Source: an uncultured Clostridia bacterium (lineage in GTDB: Bacteria > CAYTYR01 > UBA6262). From it: 26,626 nucleotides of DNA. Made by a program: the position numbers and the translations under genes. The DNA lies in the NCBI GenBank assembly GCA_964517965.1, contig CAZFDO010000001.1:1-26626 (forward strand). Reading direction: 5' to 3'. The notes beneath the pieces are model-generated. The model searched no databases. It saw nothing but the letters and a program-made list of their open reading frames with translations, and was not told where the DNA came from. Positions 22,986-26,626 of the stretch are shown piece by piece; positions within the stretch are counted from its first letter, which is position 1; each line of letters begins with the position of its first letter.

Positions 22986-24662
22986 TTAGACTAAAAGCCT
23001 CTTTTGCTTTTCTTTTTTACCCGGTTCTTTTTCCACAAAAATATTCCGGCCGGAAAAGGGATCCTGCCCGCTATAATACATCAAGGCCGAATAAGTTGAA
23101 GGCAGAGGGGTAAAAATCTGCACCTGCTCAGGCCTGATTTTTAATTCGCGCCGCGTAAAGTCTTTGAGCTCTTCCATCTCCTCAATACTACAGCCAGGAT
23201 GAGCAGCAATAAAATAATAAGTCAGAAATTGTTTTTTGCCTGCTTCTTTACTGAGCCGGTTAAATTCTGTCCGGAATTTATTAAGAGCCCCTGTTCCAGG
23301 CTTGCCCATATAATTCAGTACTTTTTCCGCCGTATGCTCTGGCGCTATTTTTAACTGCCCGGAAACGTGATTCTGCACAATTTCCCGGAGATAGTCTAAC
23401 CCTGATTCCTTATCAGCTAAGATCATATCATACCTAAGTCCAGAGGCCACAAACACTTTCTTCACCCCTGGTATCCGGCTGATCTTCTGTAGCAGTTTTA
23501 TCTGATTGCGGTGTTTTATCGGCAACTGCGGGCAGTTCACCGGAAATAAACATCTTTTATCTTTACACCCGCCAAATTTAAGCTTCCGGGCACATTCAAT
23601 ATCGTACATATTTGCTGTCGGGCCGCCTACATCAAGGATATAGCCTTTGAAATCAGGCAGCTTGGTAATCGCTGTGGCCTCCTTGATGATCGATCTTTCA
23701 CTGCGGGAAACAACAGTCCGGCCTTGATGTACGCTGATAGAGCAGAAATTACATTCACCGTAACAACCCCGGTGCGAGGTGATAGAAAACCTGATCGTTT
23801 CCAGGGCTTTAACCGGGCCTTGTTTTTTATAGAAGGGGTGCACTTCCCGCTGATAATCCAGGTCAAAAACCCTATCCAGTTCCTGCTGACTCACATTTTC
23901 GCTCGGAGGATTATGCACCAGATACCTGGTATCATGCAGTTGGCACATCCCTTGTGCGGTCAAGGGGTCATTATTCTGGTAGAAGAGGTGAAACATGTCT
24001 ATGAATTTTTGCTTATTGCCAGATACTTCTTCAAAAGAAGGCAGATTTATATATCCGGGAGGTGGTGTCTTGGCGATATAACAAATACCTCTTACCTTAC
24101 TAAAATCCTCATGATTTTTAATTTTTGCGGCAAGTGCCAGGATACTTTTCTCGGCCATGCCGTAGGCCAAAATATCAGCTTTGGCGTCAAAAAGAATGGA
24201 TTTACGGATCTTATCATCCCAATAATCGTAATGCGCGACGCGGCGCATGCTGGCTTCCACCCCGCCGAGCACTATGGGTTTGGTATTTTTGAAATAGCGG
24301 CGGAGCAGGTTGGCATAAACGATAGTGGCGCGGTCCGGGCGGCGGTTATTGATACTACCAGGGGTAAGGTCATCCTGCCGCCTTCTTTTTTTGCTGGCAG
24401 TAAAATTTGCCACCATGGAATCAAGCGACCCGGCGGTTACGCCCCAAAACAGGCCAGGCTCGCCCAATCTGGCAATATCATCATTATCAAGATCAGGCTG
24501 GGCGATGACCCCCACCTTATATCCTTCAGCCTGCAATAAATTACCAATGACCGCCACCCCGATATACGGGCTGTCAATATAGGTATCGCCAGTCACGAGG
24601 ATAATATCTAAAGTATCCCAGCCCAGCTGCCGCATTTCTGCTTTGGTTGTAGGTAGAAACAT
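22986..24662 (-). CDS. ygiQ: YgiQ-family (UPF0313) radical SAM protein
   Basis: MFLPTT..EM..LGWD..DIILVTGDTYIDSP, SHRGCYGECNFCSI, GGPTANMY, SGQLKIAPEH, QVQIFTP; 558 aa. Confidence 0.9.
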   Translation of the reverse strand: MFLPTTKAEMRQLGWDTLDIILVTGDTYIDSPYIGVAVIGNLLQAEGYKVGVIAQPDLDNDDIARLGEPGLFWGVTAGSLDSMVANFTASKKRRRQDDLTPGSINNRRPDRATIVYANLLRRYFKNTKPIVLGGVEASMRRVAHYDYWDDKIRKSILFDAKADILAYGMAEKSILALAAKIKNHEDFSKVRGICYIAKTPPPGYINLPSFEEVSGNKQKFIDMFHLFYQNNDPLTAQGMCQLHDTRYLVHNPPSENVSQQELDRVFDLDYQREVHPFYKKQGPVKALETIRFSITSHRGCYGECNFCSISVHQGRTVVSRSERSIIKEATAITKLPDFKGYILDVGGPTANMYDIECARKLKFGGCKDKRCLFPVNCPQLPIKHRNQIKLLQKISRIPGVKKVFVASGLRYDMILADKESGLDYLREIVQNHVSGQLKIAPEHTAEKVLNYMGKPGTGALNKFRTEFNRLSKEAGKKQFLTYYFIAAHPGCSIEEMEELKDFTRRELKIRPEQVQIFTPLPSTYSALMYYSGQDPFSGRNIFVEKEPGKKEKQKRLLV

Positions 24663-24666
24663 AAAT

Positions 24667-25293
24667 TTATTCGTTAATAAGAGCTTTTAAATATTGGCTG
24701 ATCCGCCGGTTAATACTCGGGAATTCTTTATTAGCCAGCCAATCCGGGCGGAAAACACTAGCCCCAAAGGATACTGCGCTGGCACCGTTGCCTATATAGA
24801 TCTTCAGATTTGCCGGAGAAACACCGCCGCAAGCCAGCAGCTCGATATTATTAAAAGGACCTTTAAGCTCTTTGAAATATTCCGGGCCGAATGTTTTAGC
24901 CGGGAAAACTTTGACCATGGTGGCGCCAGACTGCCAGGCATTAAATATTTCCTGCGGAGTTAAAGCACCGGGAAACACGGGAATCTTATGAGTGACGCAA
25001 TATTTTACTACTTCAGGCACCAATGTCGGCAGCACTATAAAAGTAGCCCCGGCTTTAAGCGCGAGTTGCAGGCTTTTTAGATCCAGTACCGTACCGGCGC
25101 CAATTGTTAACCGCCCGGCAGATTTTTTAATAGCCTGCCGGATCAACTGCTCCGCTCCATCAGTATTCATGGTAATTTCAATTGTCTGTAAACCTGTGTC
25201 AATAATGGTTTCCAGTAATTGATCAAGAATATCCATGCCTATGCCGCGCATAATGCCGATGATCGGCTGTTGCTTAAATTTAGCTATTTCCAT
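24667..25293 (-). CDS. eda: KDPG/KHG aldolase
   Basis: IEITM, IGAGTV, GATFIV.P, PGALTPQEI, VKVFPA, GGVSPAN; 208 aa. Confidence 0.88.
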   Translation of the reverse strand: MEIAKFKQQPIIGIMRGIGMDILDQLLETIIDTGLQTIEITMNTDGAEQLIRQAIKKSAGRLTIGAGTVLDLKSLQLALKAGATFIVLPTLVPEVVKYCVTHKIPVFPGALTPQEIFNAWQSGATMVKVFPAKTFGPEYFKELKGPFNNIELLACGGVSPANLKIYIGNGASAVSFGASVFRPDWLANKEFPSINRRISQYLKALINE

Positions 25294-25302
25294 GTCAGTG
25301 CT

Positions 25303-26253
25303 CTACTCCTCATCCCCGCCGACCAGGCTTTCGTAAAACTCCCGATAATTTTCTTTTTTGTCACCATCGCGCAAGGCCATTGCCGCCCGAGGATGTTCAT
25401 CCAGTATCCCGGTGATCATATAGGGAATAATATAGCCCCATTCAATTTTTTCACGCAAAGGTATAAATTCCTTGGAGATCACATCCAGTATCGGTCGGAT
25501 GTCAAACTTGGGATTTTTCAGAAATCCCATGATCAGCTCCAGCGGACAGTTGCCCGCCGCCCGGCCGAGACCATAAATAGTCGCATCCACATAATTGGCA
25601 TCATGGATAATAGCCTCGATAGTATTGCCGAAGCCTAATTGCTGGTTGTTATGAGCATGGATACCTACTTCTTTGGTTTTTAGGATACTCTTGGCTTTTT
25701 TGATCAGGAGTTCGGTCGTTTCCTGGTACAAAGCGCCATTACTGTCTACAATATAAATCACCTGCGCTTTACACTCTTTTTCCAGCTGTTGCAGGGCTTC
25801 AGTCAGCTCGTTATCCAGCGCCCGGGAAACAGCCATTATGTTCACTGTTGTCTCATAACCTTTATCGGCAAAATGATTTACTAAATAAATAGCTTTGTCG
25901 ATATCTTTGACATAGGAAGCTACGCGGATCATCGCCACCGGACTTTCTTTGCGCGGTTTAATATCTTCCACCTCCACCCGGTCCACATCCACCATCACCG
26001 AGATCTTGGTATCTGACTCAATCCCGTCGATGACTTTTTTGATATCATCATCTTCGCAGAATTTCCAGAGACCATAATCTTTAGTATTAAAAAGTTTCTT
26101 GGAATTCTTATAGCCAATTTCCATGTAATCGACTTTAGCTGCGGAAAGGGCTTTATACACTTCCCGTACGAAACGGTGGTCAAACTTATGGTTATTGATC
26201 AATCCCCCATCCCTGATGGTACAATCCAATACTTTAATTTTATCTCTGAACAT
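25303..26253 (-). CDS. DRE-TIM metallolyase, 4-hydroxy-2-oxovalerate aldolase-like (316 aa)
   Basis: VLDCTIRDGG, MEIGY, VDSNG, HAHNNQQL, GRAAGNCPLE; start at ATG 26253 after AAGGAG. Confidence 0.85.
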   Translation of the reverse strand: MFRDKIKVLDCTIRDGGLINNHKFDHRFVREVYKALSAAKVDYMEIGYKNSKKLFNTKDYGLWKFCEDDDIKKVIDGIESDTKISVMVDVDRVEVEDIKPRKESPVAMIRVASYVKDIDKAIYLVNHFADKGYETTVNIMAVSRALDNELTEALQQLEKECKAQVIYIVDSNGALYQETTELLIKKAKSILKTKEVGIHAHNNQQLGFGNTIEAIIHDANYVDATIYGLGRAAGNCPLELIMGFLKNPKFDIRPILDVISKEFIPLREKIEWGYIIPYMITGILDEHPRAAMALRDGDKKENYREFYESLVGGDEE

Positions 26254-26283
26254 TTGTTTGATCTCCTTTAAGTTATTATGGAC

Positions 26284-26335
26284 ACCCCAAGGGGTAATCC
26301 CCCCTAGTTTTGCTACGCACAACTGGCAGGGGGGA
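26284..26335. repeat. GC-rich intergenic hairpins (REP-like)
   Basis: ACCCC-AA-GGGGT (26284-26295) and TCCCCCCT (26298-26305)/AGGGGGGA (26328-26335) with inner AGTTTTGC/GCACAACT stem; no U-tract. Confidence 0.5.
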
Positions 26336-26351
26336 CAGGCAGTGAGCCAGT

Positions 26352-26626
26352 TTACTTGATCATTCTCTTCTTCATGCGCCAGACACTCCAGTAAAAGAAC
26401 CCAATACTGGGGACAATAAGAAATACTATATTAGTTAAAGGCCGCTGCGGCACAGTACCCATGACCAAAGCTCGGGACAACTCTACCGCATGGGTCAAGG
26501 GGAAAACACCAGAAAGCGCTTTCAACCAGCCCGGTGACTGGCTCAACGGAAAAAAAATGCCGGAGAAAAAAAATAATGGCGTGATCACCAGTTCCAGGAA
26601 ATAGCTAAAATAGTCAAAGTTCGTGG
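26352..26626 (-). CDS. ABC-2 type transporter permease (NodJ/DrrB-like), 5' end outside window
   Basis: Frame open to window end: ...TNFDYFSYFLELVITPLFFFSGIFFPL....WL...S..FPLTHAVELSRAL. Confidence 0.85.
   Translation of the reverse strand, partial: TNFDYFSYFLELVITPLFFFSGIFFPLSQSPGWLKALSGVFPLTHAVELSRALVMGTVPQRPLTNIVFLIVPSIGFFYWSVWRMKKRMIK

Noticed and set aside
23724-24539. 271-aa plus-strand ORF
   Set aside because: Antisense shadow of the conserved ygiQ gene, no RBS or motif.

Overview
A 26.6-kb bacterial chromosomal window, mostly minus-strand genes, probably from an anaerobic lipoprotein-rich organism (rubrerythrin, FeoB, Fe-S type MnmA/LarE); taxonomy cannot be fixed from this window. 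Left to right: a truncated, possibly sigma54-like gene; two plus-strand lipoproteins (LPP20-like, FlgT_N-containing); two tandem solute-binding-fold proteins with no signal peptide and no transporter, followed by an unlisted 42-aa lipoprotein and divergent from a GAF-HD-GYP phosphodiesterase; then a long minus-strand run (ABC-2 permease, DRE-TIM aldolase, KDPG aldolase, YgiQ radical SAM, rubrerythrin, RlmN, HAD hydrolase, frameshifted SH3-NlpC/P60, membrane hypothetical, thioredoxin, ferritin-like protein, flavin oxidoreductase, YHS-CopA, FeoB, DtxR-FeoA, HEAT protein, internally deleted Nth, stand-alone LigD phosphoesterase, MnmA, CDF transporter, LarE). No rRNA, tRNA, CRISPR or transposase was seen. 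Best leads: (1) a ~340-nt two-domain, highly base-paired element between nth and the LigD-PE gene that folds best on the antisense strand; (2) heptamer-periodic inverted-repeat elements at six gene junctions, some supplying stop codons, C-terminal peptides and a Shine-Dalgarno; (3) the apparently cytoplasmic solute-binding protein pair linked to a cyclic-dinucleotide phosphodiesterase. All calls come from reading the sequence by eye; no database search or folding program was run.
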